Shown: positions 36,678-46,144 of the stretch, in pieces | Numbering within the stretch: the first letter of the stretch is position 1 | How the letters are laid out: each line of letters starts with the position of its first letter | NCBI GenBank assembly: GCA_964596525.1 | Contig: CAZQUL010000001.1 | Coordinates: 1,212,312-1,276,311 of the forward strand | From: an uncultured Gammaproteobacteria bacterium | GTDB taxonomy: Bacteria; Patescibacteriota; Patescibacteriia; Magasanikbacterales; GWA2-37-8 | Length of the DNA: 64,000 nucleotides | Direction of reading: 5' to 3' | Position numbers and translations under genes: made by a program | The notes under the pieces: model-generated | The model's database searches: none | Seen by the model: the letters and a program-made list of their open reading frames with translations, nothing else | Told to the model about the DNA's origin: nothing

Positions 36678-37229
36678 ATGAATGGACTTACCGACGAGGA
36701 GATCGTACGGCGCATCCATACGGGTGAAAAGAGATTATTTGGCGAAATCATGGAACGGTACGAAGAAAGACTGAAGCGGTATGCCAAAAAATTCCTACTG
36801 GGCTATGAAGAAGCCGACGATTTGACGCAAGACGTGTTCATTAAGGCCTACACCCATATCCATAGTTTTGATCCAGAGCGCAAGTTTTCCTCCTGGATTT
36901 ACCGCATCGCCCATAACGAAGCCATCAACACCATCAAGAAGAAGAAACGCGAACCGCTTGGCTACTTCGATATGGACGTATTCTTTCCCCAACCGCGCTC
37001 AGCGCATCCGGCGGACCGCGAAGTCAAAGAGAACGAATTAACCGGGTTCGTAGCCGATCACCTGGGGAAACTAGCCCCCAAATACCGCGAACCGCTCGTA
37101 CTCTATTATTTCGAAGATCTGTCGTACCAAGAAATCGCCGACATCATGCATATTCCTGTCGCCACCGTCGGCGTACGCATCAATCGGGCCAAAAAAACGT
37201 TAAAAGAATTCATTGGATCGTATGAATAA
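36678..37229 (+). CDS. RNA polymerase ECF (sigma-70 family) sigma factor
   Basis: Region 2 (DLTQDVFIKAY...FSSWIYRIAHNEAIN) and region 4 (LSYQEIADIMHIPVATVGVRINRAKKTL). Confidence 0.85.
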   Translation: MNGLTDEEIVRRIHTGEKRLFGEIMERYEERLKRYAKKFLLGYEEADDLTQDVFIKAYTHIHSFDPERKFSSWIYRIAHNEAINTIKKKKREPLGYFDMDVFFPQPRSAHPADREVKENELTGFVADHLGKLAPKYREPLVLYYFEDLSYQEIADIMHIPVATVGVRINRAKKTLKEFIGSYE

Positions 37230-37989
37230 CGAACCAACTTCTCCTTCCACACCCACCACCTCCCCCACCCCAGCTTCCGCACCAACGCGCGAAACAATTT
37301 TGAACGCGATCGAAAAAAATGAAATCAAACCTCGTTCGCGTGCCTATTTCGTGTTGTGCGGACTTTTAAGCATCATCGGCTGCATTGTCGTGGCAATCAG
37401 TCTCATGTTCATGGCGAGCCTCATTGTTTTTTCTGCGGAACGGCGCGGATTATTGGACGTTCCAGCTTTCGGCTTGTCCGGCTGGTACGCGTTTTTCTCG
37501 TCGCTTCCTTGGCTTCTCATCATTGGTTGTCTGGTGTTTGTTGCTGTTTTGGAACTTCTCGTACGACGGCACCGCTTTGCCTACCGCGCACCGCTCTTGT
37601 ACTCGGTGGGCGGTATTTTCCTCCTTACGCTCGTGGCTGGCTGGTGGGTGGCCAAAACGCCGCTCCATCCGGCCGTTTCACAGTACGCAAACGAGCATCG
37701 CCGGGCGTTTCTCGTACCACTTTACGAGCGTTTTTCAGTGCCGATCGAGGGACGCATCGTACGCGGACAGATTGAATATTTCTCTGATGGGGGTTTTAGC
37801 CTAAGCGTGCGTCGGCACACTTCCATCCCCATCATGGTAAACGGCAAAACGCGCATCATTCCACCCAATAACCGACTAGCCACCGGAACATTCGTCGTGG
37901 TGTTCGGACAACCTAGTCCCGAGGGTATGCGCGCGACTGGCATCAAGATCATCACCCCGGCCACCTGGGAACGCGATATAAAACGCTAA
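37213..37989 (+). CDS. Putative membrane anti-sigma factor; overlaps and is co-transcribed with the ECF sigma gene
   Basis: Start overlaps the sigma gene by 17 nt. Pro/Thr-rich N-terminus followed by 4 TM helices. No recognisable family; the call rests on context. Confidence 0.4.
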   Translation: MDRMNNEPTSPSTPTTSPTPASAPTRETILNAIEKNEIKPRSRAYFVLCGLLSIIGCIVVAISLMFMASLIVFSAERRGLLDVPAFGLSGWYAFFSSLPWLLIIGCLVFVAVLELLVRRHRFAYRAPLLYSVGGIFLLTLVAGWWVAKTPLHPAVSQYANEHRRAFLVPLYERFSVPIEGRIVRGQIEYFSDGGFSLSVRRHTSIPIMVNGKTRIIPPNNRLATGTFVVVFGQPSPEGMRATGIKIITPATWERDIKR

Positions 37990-38003
37990 GCGGATCAACA
38001 ATA

Positions 38004-38043
38004 AAATTCCCACCGAGGAAACCCTCTGGTGGGAATTTTTTTC
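38004..38043. terminator. Bidirectional hairpin terminator
   Basis: attcccacc (13-nt loop) ggtgggaat followed by ttttttt. Convergent genes end at 37989 and 38048. Confidence 0.55.
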
Positions 38044-38047
38044 AGAT

Positions 38048-39412
38048 TTACCAGTGAACCCGAGCCGCCTGCCAGGCCTCGATGAACGAGGACGGATAGT
38101 CGGTACGCAGCCGAAAGGCCGCGACAGCACCCCCGGAAGGAACATCCGCAGCCTCGTGCGCAAGAGCCGCGGCAGCATACCGATGTGCCTCGCAAAACGG
38201 CTTGGGCTCACCGTTATGAACCACGTAGTAGGCGTGCGTCTTGGGGTTGATCTTCTGCGCTGAAAGGAAACAGCAGGTCAGATACCCCTCGTCTGCAAGC
38301 TGCTGCTCATAGGCGCGTGCCTCTTCGCGCGTCGGGAAAAGGCGGTAGCTGGGCGGCGCGGTCGCAAGCGTGAGTGTAATGCCGTGCGGCAATTCCCGCG
38401 GATCCGGCATATGCCCCCACAGCGCGTAAATAAGCTCCCGGACGTGCCGATCAGGCGAGGTCAGCGCCTGGTCGATGGTGAGCCGCCCGCTCTTGAACAG
38501 GTGCGGCAGGCAGATTTCGCGCAAGACTCCTTCCAGGACCAGGTGGGCAGGGTTCGTATAAAAATTCTTCCAGAGGAGTACGCGCAAATAGAGAAACTCC
38601 CGCAGCGCATCGGCATCGAGCACGAGCGTGCCGCTGAAAACCTGAGCAGTCTGCCAGATGGAAAGCGCCACCCGCCAATCATGCTCAAGGATGCGCGCAA
38701 AGCACGAGCAGCACCCAGCATTCTTGACGTATCTGACGATCTGGGTAAGGTCTGAAGCCATGTACCCGAGCGAATCGCACAGATTGTGCAACTGGCCGTC
38801 GACCCCCTTTTCGAACCGAACCGCATTCTCGACAATCGTGGGCGTATCCCCGGGAAAACCGTAGCGCTCGCAGAGAAGCTTGAAGCCGCTGGCGGCACGC
38901 ACGAAAATCTGCGTGACATTGCGGTCTTCGTCCATAGCCTCGGCCTGCTCTTTGTTGAGACGCGCGGCGGTCTTGGTGGCATCACCATAAGCCGGCATGC
39001 CGGCGTCGTGGACAAGCGCCTGCAGGATGCCGAGGTTGATAGCAGCTTCACTGTGGCCAAGACGCATACGCGTCGCTGCCTGGAGCGCTGCCACACCGAC
39101 GCTGTGGTGCCAGCGGGTATGCAAAAGCGTATGCGGACCGGGCGGAAATGGCTTGTTCTGGCCATCGAGCGCGCACCAACCGGTGAGGCCAGCGAGCTGG
39201 GCCTTGCCATCAATGCGGTTAAGACCGAGAAAACGGAGAATGTCGTGCACCAACCCGCCATCGAGCACAACGATAAACTGATCGCCGAACGGGATGCGCT
39301 CTACCTCGTTGTGTAGCTGACCAAGATCAGTGACGGGGATGATTACCATTCCTCCGGGCAACGGCCCAAGAGGCAGATCGAGAGACGGCTCAAATGAGAA
39401 CTTCTGATTCAC
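38048..39412 (-). CDS. HD-domain phosphohydrolase superfamily protein
   Basis: H...HSVGVA...LVHDAGMPAYGD metal-binding HD motif; 454 aa. Confidence 0.55.
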   Translation of the reverse strand: MNQKFSFEPSLDLPLGPLPGGMVIIPVTDLGQLHNEVERIPFGDQFIVVLDGGLVHDILRFLGLNRIDGKAQLAGLTGWCALDGQNKPFPPGPHTLLHTRWHHSVGVAALQAATRMRLGHSEAAINLGILQALVHDAGMPAYGDATKTAARLNKEQAEAMDEDRNVTQIFVRAASGFKLLCERYGFPGDTPTIVENAVRFEKGVDGQLHNLCDSLGYMASDLTQIVRYVKNAGCCSCFARILEHDWRVALSIWQTAQVFSGTLVLDADALREFLYLRVLLWKNFYTNPAHLVLEGVLREICLPHLFKSGRLTIDQALTSPDRHVRELIYALWGHMPDPRELPHGITLTLATAPPSYRLFPTREEARAYEQQLADEGYLTCCFLSAQKINPKTHAYYVVHNGEPKPFCEAHRYAAAALAHEAADVPSGGAVAAFRLRTDYPSSFIEAWQAARVHW

Positions 39413-39621
39413 GGTACACCTCTTTTTTAACGTGCAAGCTTGAGGCCACCTTACTCAAGCGGATGCACTCGGTCAATTGTGAATAACATCGATTTTGATA
39501 CATGAAAAAAATAAAAGTGCAAGTGAATAAACTCTGTACCTTGATCCGCAAGTCTCGATACACAGATGGATAGGTCTGGGGAGCACTTCTTTGGCGAGAT
39601 TGGATGGTGAGGCTGATTCAG

Positions 39622-39668
39622 TAGTACAAAAAATCCACCCGCCGTTAGGCAGGTGGATTTTTGTACTA
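39622..39668. terminator. 47-bp palindromic bidirectional terminator
   Basis: agtacaaaaatccacc cgccgttaggca ggtggatttttgtact is a perfect 16-bp palindrome including the A/T runs. Confidence 0.6.
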
Positions 39669-39675
39669 CGAAAGT

Positions 39676-41427
39676 TTATTTCTCACCAGCCTCTTTTTTG
39701 GAGACGACGACATCTTGGCCGGCAATAAGGCCTTCGGTAATTTCGAGGCGGCCTTCGTTGGCGCGCAAGCCGGTTTTTACGGCAACTTCTTTTTCCGCGC
39801 CGTTTTCGAGAACAAGTACATAGCGGCGATCATCGGCTCCCGTACGCACAACGCGAGTGGGCACCGAGAGAACATTATCTTTCTTTTCGGTCAGAATGCT
39901 GACGTTGGCGGTCATGCCAGGTTTGACGGGCAACGTGGTAGGATCAAGACGAATGCGGACACGGTAATAGACGACATCTTGCACAAGCGTTGCCGCCGGA
40001 TCGATGGTGACCACCTGGCCGGTGAATTTGGTGTCCGGACCAAAAGCATCAAGTACGATCGTGACCGTATCGTTCAGAGTCAATTTGGGCACATCGACTT
40101 CCTGCACATCAACCTGCACTTCGTAGCGCGGCGAAAGGAGTTTGAAGACTATGTCAGCGCTCGAGACCAGTTCACCGACTTTTTTGGCGACTTTGGTAAC
40201 CTGACCGTCGATCGGAGCGCGAATATAGGCTTTTTCGCGATTGGCCACCGCCTGGGCGAGCGAAGCACGCAGCGGAGCGACATCGACAGCGCGGGGAGGG
40301 TTGAGCTTTGCTTGAAGATTAGCAAAGGCCTGCTTGTAAGCAGCTTCCCGAATACTGATGATATTGGTTGCATTAGCCTTAATCTGATCACGCGTGGTAA
40401 CTGCTTTGTTGTACGCGATGCGTAATGACGTTACGCTGTTTTTAGCATTCACGATAGCTTGCTTTTGGGCGACACTGGCGGTAAGTTCAGCCGAAACGCT
40501 CGTGCGGGCAAGTTGAATGGAAGATTTAAAACCATCAAGCAAAGCTTGGGTGAGCGTGCCACCGGGAACGCTGTTAGCCAAAACTTCACTCACGTCAGCA
40601 AGAAGAGCAAGGGTCGCCTGCTGCATAGCTTCGGCTTTCTGCAGGCTTTCATCAATAAGGTCATGGCTTGAAGCTGAAGTAAGCGTGCTGATACGGGAAC
40701 GAGCAGCATCACGAGCAGCTTTGGCCGTGCCGTAGGATAAGCGGGCCTGGTTAAGGGCGGCCGGATTGGCAGTAGAGAGATATGGCTGGAACGACGCCGC
40801 GCCAGTGATATTGTCGACACCGAGCACGTTATCGGCCTGAACGATCGCATCGTCGATTTTGGGAAGCGAAGACTGCAGAGCGGTCACCGCTTTTTCATAG
40901 GCCTGGGTTATAACAACACTCGTACCGGTACTTTCAGCAAGACGCAAATTGTTTTCCGCAGTTAAAACCGCAGCCTCAGCATCGGCAAGAGAGGTTTGTG
41001 TGTCGATTTTAGCCTGGTTTAAAGCAGCTTCAGCCGACTGCACGGCGGATTGATAGTATGTTTTATCTTCGTTCGTAACCGGAGCGAGGCGCTGATTGAG
41101 AGATGCCTGAGCCTGGGCAACGGCAGCGTTAAACTCTGACAAACGCAAATTACCCAAAAGCGTTCCAGCTTTGACGTTCATGCCTTCTTTTACCGTAACA
41201 TTCGCTAAAAGGCCTGGGACTTCAAAGCGGAGGGACAAATCATCAACCGCTTCGAGCTTACCCGTAGCATCTACAGTCTGAAGCAGCGTGCCCTGCTCGA
41301 CTTTGACGGTTTCGTAGGTCGGTGGCGCGTTTTTTTGCTGGTAACTACGATATGAAAAAGCACCCACGATAAGCACGATAATTACCGGGATGTACACTTT
41401 CTTTTGAAGAAAAAACGACAATGACAT
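39676..41427 (-). CDS. HlyD-family periplasmic adaptor (second paralogue)
   Basis: N-terminal TM helix, long Ala/Gln-rich coiled coil and C-terminal beta-barrel segments (GQDVVVSKKEAGEK). Confidence 0.7.
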   Translation of the reverse strand: MSLSFFLQKKVYIPVIIVLIVGAFSYRSYQQKNAPPTYETVKVEQGTLLQTVDATGKLEAVDDLSLRFEVPGLLANVTVKEGMNVKAGTLLGNLRLSEFNAAVAQAQASLNQRLAPVTNEDKTYYQSAVQSAEAALNQAKIDTQTSLADAEAAVLTAENNLRLAESTGTSVVITQAYEKAVTALQSSLPKIDDAIVQADNVLGVDNITGAASFQPYLSTANPAALNQARLSYGTAKAARDAARSRISTLTSASSHDLIDESLQKAEAMQQATLALLADVSEVLANSVPGGTLTQALLDGFKSSIQLARTSVSAELTASVAQKQAIVNAKNSVTSLRIAYNKAVTTRDQIKANATNIISIREAAYKQAFANLQAKLNPPRAVDVAPLRASLAQAVANREKAYIRAPIDGQVTKVAKKVGELVSSADIVFKLLSPRYEVQVDVQEVDVPKLTLNDTVTIVLDAFGPDTKFTGQVVTIDPAATLVQDVVYYRVRIRLDPTTLPVKPGMTANVSILTEKKDNVLSVPTRVVRTGADDRRYVLVLENGAEKEVAVKTGLRANEGRLEITEGLIAGQDVVVSKKEAGEK

Positions 41428-41520
41428 ACATTATTTACATTAAACCAGGCAATAATCTCATAGCTTACACAAAAAAATGGTAATTGTCAATGGATAAAGT
41501 GCCCTCGACCACTCATATCT

Positions 41521-42981
41521 CTACGTGTTTACCTTCTCCCATTCGAGCGCTTCGGCTAAAAATGAATCCTTGATTTTTAAGAAATATTCCTTCGTCGCCT
41601 CGTACTCATTGGGAATAATACCATCCAAGATAGCTTCCTCAAGCGCACTTTTAATACGGCCGACGGTCGGCCCAGGCTTGAGATTGCACATTGTCATAAT
41701 CTCTTCGCCGCGCACGGGTGATTGGAAGGCACGCAACTTGTCTTTCTCAAGAACTTCAGCGGCCCGTCGTTCAAGATGGTCGTAATTCTTGAGACGACGT
41801 TCTTTTTTAGCCGGATTGCCGGTTGTAATGTCGGCGCGCCCTAAAATTAAAAGGTCGTTAAATTCATCACCAAGGGTAACGATGAGGCGGCGCACGGCGG
41901 AATCCGTAATACCCTCGTCCATAAGAGCAATGGGCTGCAAATGCCAGCGGATAAGTTTGGCAAGATAGAGAATCTTATCGGTCGGCAGGCGCAAGCGGCG
42001 GCCGAGCGCGTTCATCATGCGGCGGCCGACGTGTTCATGACCATGGAACGTCCAACCGATACGCGCCACATAGCGCTTGGTAGCCGGCTTACCAATGTCG
42101 TGAAAAAGTCCGGCGAGTCGTAACCAGACATTATCCGAACGCAAAGCAATATTGTCGACGACTTTGAACGTATGGGTGAGATTGTTTTTGTGACTATGGC
42201 CGTACATATCTTCTACACCGTCAAGTGCCGCGATTTCCGGTAATACGACCTGCATGAGATTGGTGGAAAACATGAGTGCGAGACCAGTCGAGGGCTCGGG
42301 TGTTGCGAGCAGTTTGAGGAGTTCTTCCTGGATGCGCTCGGCGGAAACGATGCGCAGGCGCTCGCGATTGCGGAAGATAGCTTCTTGAACGTAAAGCGGA
42401 AGCGTAAAGCCGAGTTGGGCAGCAAAACGGACAGCACGCATCATGCGCAGCGGGTCGTCGCTAAAGGTAACATCTGGATCGAGTGGTGTGACAAGTTGTT
42501 TTTCGACTAACGCAGAGCGACCGTTGAATGGATCGATAAGGGCGGATTCGATACCTTCGAATGTGGGATGTTCTGCGAGCCAAGCTACCGGTACGGCCAT
42601 GGCGTTGACAGTAAAATCACGGCGCGAGAGATCGTTGTCGAGCGTGGTTTTTACCACGCGGGGTTTGCGCGACGCCGCATCGTATTCTTCGGTGCGGGCA
42701 CTGGCAAATTCCACTTCGCTCATCGTTCCATCCGGTTCACTCATCACGTAGCGGGCAGTATGGAAATCGGGAAATTCTACAAGACTCCCCTCTTTGTTCT
42801 TGAGTTCATCGTAGGCTCGCGCTACCTGAAGCGCATCGCCCACAACAGCGATGTCGATGTCTTTTCTCACGCCTTTGCCCAAAAGAAGATCGCGCACAAA
42901 ACCGCCCACGACGTAGAGGGGCGTTTCCTTTTCTTGACTGAGCGTTACGAGATCTTTAAAAAGCTGGTGCAGATCGATCAT
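41521..42981 (-). CDS. cca: CCA-adding enzyme / tRNA nucleotidyltransferase with an HD domain
   Basis: Pol-beta-type head (LYVVGGFVRDLLLGK...DIDIAV) and a C-terminal HD domain (FHDIGKP...HGHEHVG). Confidence 0.75.
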   Translation of the reverse strand: MIDLHQLFKDLVTLSQEKETPLYVVGGFVRDLLLGKGVRKDIDIAVVGDALQVARAYDELKNKEGSLVEFPDFHTARYVMSEPDGTMSEVEFASARTEEYDAASRKPRVVKTTLDNDLSRRDFTVNAMAVPVAWLAEHPTFEGIESALIDPFNGRSALVEKQLVTPLDPDVTFSDDPLRMMRAVRFAAQLGFTLPLYVQEAIFRNRERLRIVSAERIQEELLKLLATPEPSTGLALMFSTNLMQVVLPEIAALDGVEDMYGHSHKNNLTHTFKVVDNIALRSDNVWLRLAGLFHDIGKPATKRYVARIGWTFHGHEHVGRRMMNALGRRLRLPTDKILYLAKLIRWHLQPIALMDEGITDSAVRRLIVTLGDEFNDLLILGRADITTGNPAKKERRLKNYDHLERRAAEVLEKDKLRAFQSPVRGEEIMTMCNLKPGPTVGRIKSALEEAILDGIIPNEYEATKEYFLKIKDSFLAEALEWEKVNT

Positions 42982-43094
42982 AGCCGGGAGCCTAGTCCCA
43001 TTATAGAAGCCAGGTTAGTGCTGGAATGGTAACAAAATAACGCTGGCTTGAAAAGGTTCTTGAGGTATGGTAGGCTCAGAACGTACTATCATCA

Positions 43095-43171
43095 CGGGCT
43101 GTAGTTCAGTTGGCTAGAACGCATGCATGGGGTGCATGAGGTCGGAGGTTCAAGTCCTCTCAGCCCGACCA
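43095..43171 (+). tRNA. tRNA-Pro (anticodon GGG), with CCA encoded
   Basis: Cloverleaf: acceptor CGGGCUG/CAGCCCG; D-arm GUUC/GAAC; anticodon stem CAUGC/GCAUG with loop AUGGGGU; T-arm GGAGG-UUCAAGU-CCUCU; discriminator A plus CCA. Confidence 0.85.
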
Positions 43172-43229
43172 AAACAATCGTATCATTTTGCAAAAAACCA
43201 TCTCGAACATTTCGGGATGGATTTATTTT

Positions 43230-44345
43230 TTAGTTGATGTAAGCGCCGAGCAGGCAGAAGAGCGTGTGGGCAGCACCCCAGTTCACCTCGGTATGCGCTT
43301 GTTCAACATGGTAGGAAATGATGCCGTGGATCCGGCGATCGGGCGTCAGGAGCTTAAACGAAACGTCTGACTGCACGAACGACAATGGTCGGCGGAAAAA
43401 CACCGCGGTGGGGAAGAAAAAGGGAATTTCCCCAACCGGCGTATCTTCGAAGCCCACTTCGACGCGGGCTGCGACAATACCCTGCAGATACGGCAGGGAG
43501 AACAGCGAGGCACGGGCTCCGATAGTCCCAGCCCACGCGTAATGCCGTGCCGATGTACCCGAATCCTCCCAGCCCGTATGAAATTCGGCTTTGATCTCGC
43601 CGGCACGGTGCGACAGCTCGAAGCCGGCATCAAGGATTTGGCGGAAACGTTCTTCGCTGTGGTGCGGTCGGGTCAAGGAAGTGAACTGAGCCTTAAGTTC
43701 TGCATCACCAACCGGCCGCTCGATCCCGGCCCAGAGGTACAGCGAGGGTGCAAACAACGCATCACTCATGCCTGGGTACGCACCGGACCACGTCGGCGAA
43801 ACAGCCGCACCCGTTTTGAAACCGCCCGGACCTGAATACTGGATGGTCGGTAAAAGGGTCGGCGCATAAAACGGTGTAAGGATACTCAGCAGCGAAACCG
43901 TCGGATAGGGCGAATCACGAAAGTCCTTGGTGGTGATTCCATACACACCAAACGGCGCCATCTGCTGCCCAACGGTCAATGTGAGCTTGTGAAGTGGGGT
44001 GGACACAACCCACAAACGGATGACAGCCTCTTGCAGGAGGGGCGTTATCTGGGTCGTCCTAAAAGCCTCTCCTGCGCCCACGCCCACCTCAACTTCAAGG
44101 CGCTTGTGGGGACTCATGACCACTTTGCAGCCGACGTGACGCACCTGCACGCTTGTGGCGTACGGATACAGCAGCGTCGGAAATTCCTGACCGTTTTTCA
44201 GTTGTGCGACAACCCCCTTGAGGCTGGCGCCACAACCATCCAGATGGACGTGGTCAGTGATGCTTTTTGCGAATCCGGTTTCATCGGCGTAAACCGACGA
44301 CGAAACACCAAGCATCACGGCTAAAACACTGGACCAAATTTTCAT
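43230..44345 (-). CDS. Hypothetical secreted protein located between the two tRNA-Pro genes; start set at MKIWSSVLAVMLGVSSSVYA
   Basis: Signal peptide at the internal Met; strong RBS GGAGAGGAG upstream of ATG 44345; about 371 aa. Confidence 0.5.
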   Translation of the reverse strand: MKIWSSVLAVMLGVSSSVYADETGFAKSITDHVHLDGCGASLKGVVAQLKNGQEFPTLLYPYATSVQVRHVGCKVVMSPHKRLEVEVGVGAGEAFRTTQITPLLQEAVIRLWVVSTPLHKLTLTVGQQMAPFGVYGITTKDFRDSPYPTVSLLSILTPFYAPTLLPTIQYSGPGGFKTGAAVSPTWSGAYPGMSDALFAPSLYLWAGIERPVGDAELKAQFTSLTRPHHSEERFRQILDAGFELSHRAGEIKAEFHTGWEDSGTSARHYAWAGTIGARASLFSLPYLQGIVAARVEVGFEDTPVGEIPFFFPTAVFFRRPLSFVQSDVSFKLLTPDRRIHGIISYHVEQAHTEVNWGAAHTLFCLLGAYIN

Positions 44346-44463
44346 TGTACTCTCCTCTCCGCACAACAGTTTAGTCGATCCGCGTAAATAGTCAAGATAC
44401 CAGGGACTATCCTAAAGACTTGCACGTCTACAAAAATCATGCTACGATCGCTCCAGTTTCCTA

Positions 44464-44540
44464 CGGGCTGTAGTTCAGTTGGCTAGAACGCACGGTTCGG
44501 GACCGTGAGGTCGGAGGTTCAAGTCCTCTCAGCCCGACCA
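44464..44540 (+). tRNA. tRNA-Pro (anticodon CGG), with CCA encoded
   Basis: Identical to the tRNA at 43095 except for the anticodon stem-loop (CACGG-UUCGGGA-CCGUG). Confidence 0.85.
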
Positions 44541-44549
44541 CATAAACAA

Positions 44550-44582
44550 AAAACACCGCTTTTCGGACCGGTGTTTTTTGTT
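44550..44582. terminator. Bidirectional hairpin terminator after the tRNA-Pro(CGG) gene
   Basis: aacaccg cttttcggac cggtgtt followed by ttttgtt. Confidence 0.55.
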
Positions 44583-44591
44583 GCGCATCGA

Positions 44592-45299
44592 TTATGGCAG
44601 TTGATGTTTGAGGGCAGAAAAATCCTTGGGTAAAACATGAGCAACGGTTTTGAGCCATTCGTTGGCTTTGGCGTAGTTGGGGCACCAACGGGCTACCTCG
44701 GACCAAAAATGACGCGAGTGGTTGTGGTGGCGCAGGTGAGCAAGCTCATGGACGACCACGTAGTCGATCACATGCGGCGGCGTCATGAGAAGTCGCCAAC
44801 TAAAGTTAAGTGCTCCGGCCGGACTGCACGAACCCCAGCGCGTTGCCGCCTGGGTTATTTTGATGCCTGAATAGGTAAAGTCTCCACGCACCGCAAACAC
44901 TTCAACGCGCGCTGCGATATATTGTTCAGCTGACGACATAAACCATTTCTTAAGCAATTCTTCGGTGCGCCACGCTTGAATAGCTGCTATGTGCCAACCG
45001 TTTTTAAAACGAGGGGTCATTAATGTATTTTGGTAGATGATCGGGTATCGTTCCCCAAGATACCACCACTCCAAGGCCACGGAAGAAGAGGCGCCGGCAG
45101 CACGGCGCCATTCGTTAAATCGTTCCTGCTGGCGTTTGATCCAAGCCGCTGACCGCTCCACGAAATGCCGGATTTCTTCCGGATGGCTGGCATACGGAGC
45201 AGCTACCCGCACCACACCATCACTACCTACCGTCAAAGCGAGCCGTTCGCGGCGGTGAGAGCGCTTGACGATAAAGGAGAGAGGAATATCGCGTGACAT
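44592..45299 (-). CDS. YgjP-like (DUF45/WLM-type) zinc metallohydrolase
   Basis: HELAHLRHHNHSRHFW zinc-binding motif near the C-terminus. Start set at MSRDIPLSFIVKRSHRRERLAL (ATG 45299). Confidence 0.65.
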   Translation of the reverse strand: MSRDIPLSFIVKRSHRRERLALTVGSDGVVRVAAPYASHPEEIRHFVERSAAWIKRQQERFNEWRRAAGASSSVALEWWYLGERYPIIYQNTLMTPRFKNGWHIAAIQAWRTEELLKKWFMSSAEQYIAARVEVFAVRGDFTYSGIKITQAATRWGSCSPAGALNFSWRLLMTPPHVIDYVVVHELAHLRHHNHSRHFWSEVARWCPNYAKANEWLKTVAHVLPKDFSALKHQLP

Positions 45300-45313
45300 A
45301 AGCGAAAAAAATG

Positions 45314-46000
45314 TCACCGCTGGAGATGTTTGTGAGCGATGAGTTTTTCGATACGGGCAAACACATCGAAGCGCTCGATAAGCGGGTTGAGCCAACCCAC
45401 CGTAATGCAATAAAAAGTATCAAAAGGCGCTGTGTGGTGGCGATTGTGGTGCTCAGGAGAAAGAATAAGCCGATGGCGCTGCAAAAAGCGAACGAAGCGC
45501 GGCGCGGTCGGCATGTGAGCCCACTTGTGAATTTGGTTTGTAAGAAAAATTGCAGCAAGGAACGTGAGGAAACCCAAACCAAGGAACCACCACACGGGCT
45601 GCTCTGAGGTACGAAAGAAAACGAACACGGGAATCATGACAATGAGTGATGCAAGGCAGTTTAACCCATTCACTTCGGTAAAGCTGTGGCGCGTGATAGC
45701 GAGCGGATCCACATGATGATGACGGAATGGAAACACGAAATGCGGACCGAAGAAAGGGGTTTTCTCATCACCGAACTGGTCACCGATCCAATGGACAACA
45801 CCCGAGATAAAGTCGGCGGCTACATATGAGACGCCCATAACCGCAAGAGCACCTATACCCGCAAGCCAGAAACCATAGGCTTGCACAACAGAAAAAGCCT
45901 TGCGAACAACTTCAGCCGCAAAAACAGTGCTAAGTACTATAAAACTCCAGGTGGACAGCCACAACACCAGGCGAAACGTGAAGATAGTACTCATACCCAT
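45314..46000 (-). CDS. CarF/TMEM189-family lipid desaturase-like membrane protein
   Basis: His clusters HHHVD...HKWAH...HHNRHH and the YCITVGWLN motif typical of the Kua/TMEM189/CarF family. The ORF-track start at 46120 would overlap tRNA-Trp, so the start is set at Met 46000. Confidence 0.55.
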   Translation of the reverse strand: MGMSTIFTFRLVLWLSTWSFIVLSTVFAAEVVRKAFSVVQAYGFWLAGIGALAVMGVSYVAADFISGVVHWIGDQFGDEKTPFFGPHFVFPFRHHHVDPLAITRHSFTEVNGLNCLASLIVMIPVFVFFRTSEQPVWWFLGLGFLTFLAAIFLTNQIHKWAHMPTAPRFVRFLQRHRLILSPEHHNRHHTAPFDTFYCITVGWLNPLIERFDVFARIEKLIAHKHLQR

Positions 46001-46027
46001 GTACCACGGACAAAAGTGACGAACAGT

Positions 46028-46098
46028 GCGCGGGGTGAGGGAATCGAACCCCCGACAACGGTTTTGGAGACCGTAGTTATACCATTTAACTAACCCCG
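46028..46098 (-). tRNA. tRNA-Trp (anticodon CCA), no encoded CCA end
   Basis: Cloverleaf on the minus strand: acceptor GCGGGGU/ACCCCGC; D-arm GUUA/UAAC; anticodon stem ACGGU/ACCGU with loop CUCCAAA; T-arm GGGGG-UUCGAUU-CCCUC; discriminator G. Confidence 0.8.
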
Positions 46099-46144
46099 CA
46101 GGTTCAGGCGGCAGCGCCACCTGAGCGTACCATAGGCTTTACGG

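Noticed and set aside
37356-37804. Alternative-frame ORFs overlapping the putative anti-sigma factor gene
   Set aside because: The other frame is a hydrophobic multi-TM protein, and these frames are Arg/Cys-rich with no start context.
38461-39316. Alternative-frame ORFs (269 aa -, 176 aa +) overlapping the HD-domain gene
   Set aside because: The HD-domain frame carries the H...HD metal-binding motifs. The others are Arg/Ser-rich artefacts.
43095-44540. Integrated mobile element between the duplicated tRNA-Pro genes
   Set aside because: Only one secreted-protein gene lies between the tRNAs. No integrase, transposase, excisionase or phage genes were seen. Kept as a duplication/insertion observation only.
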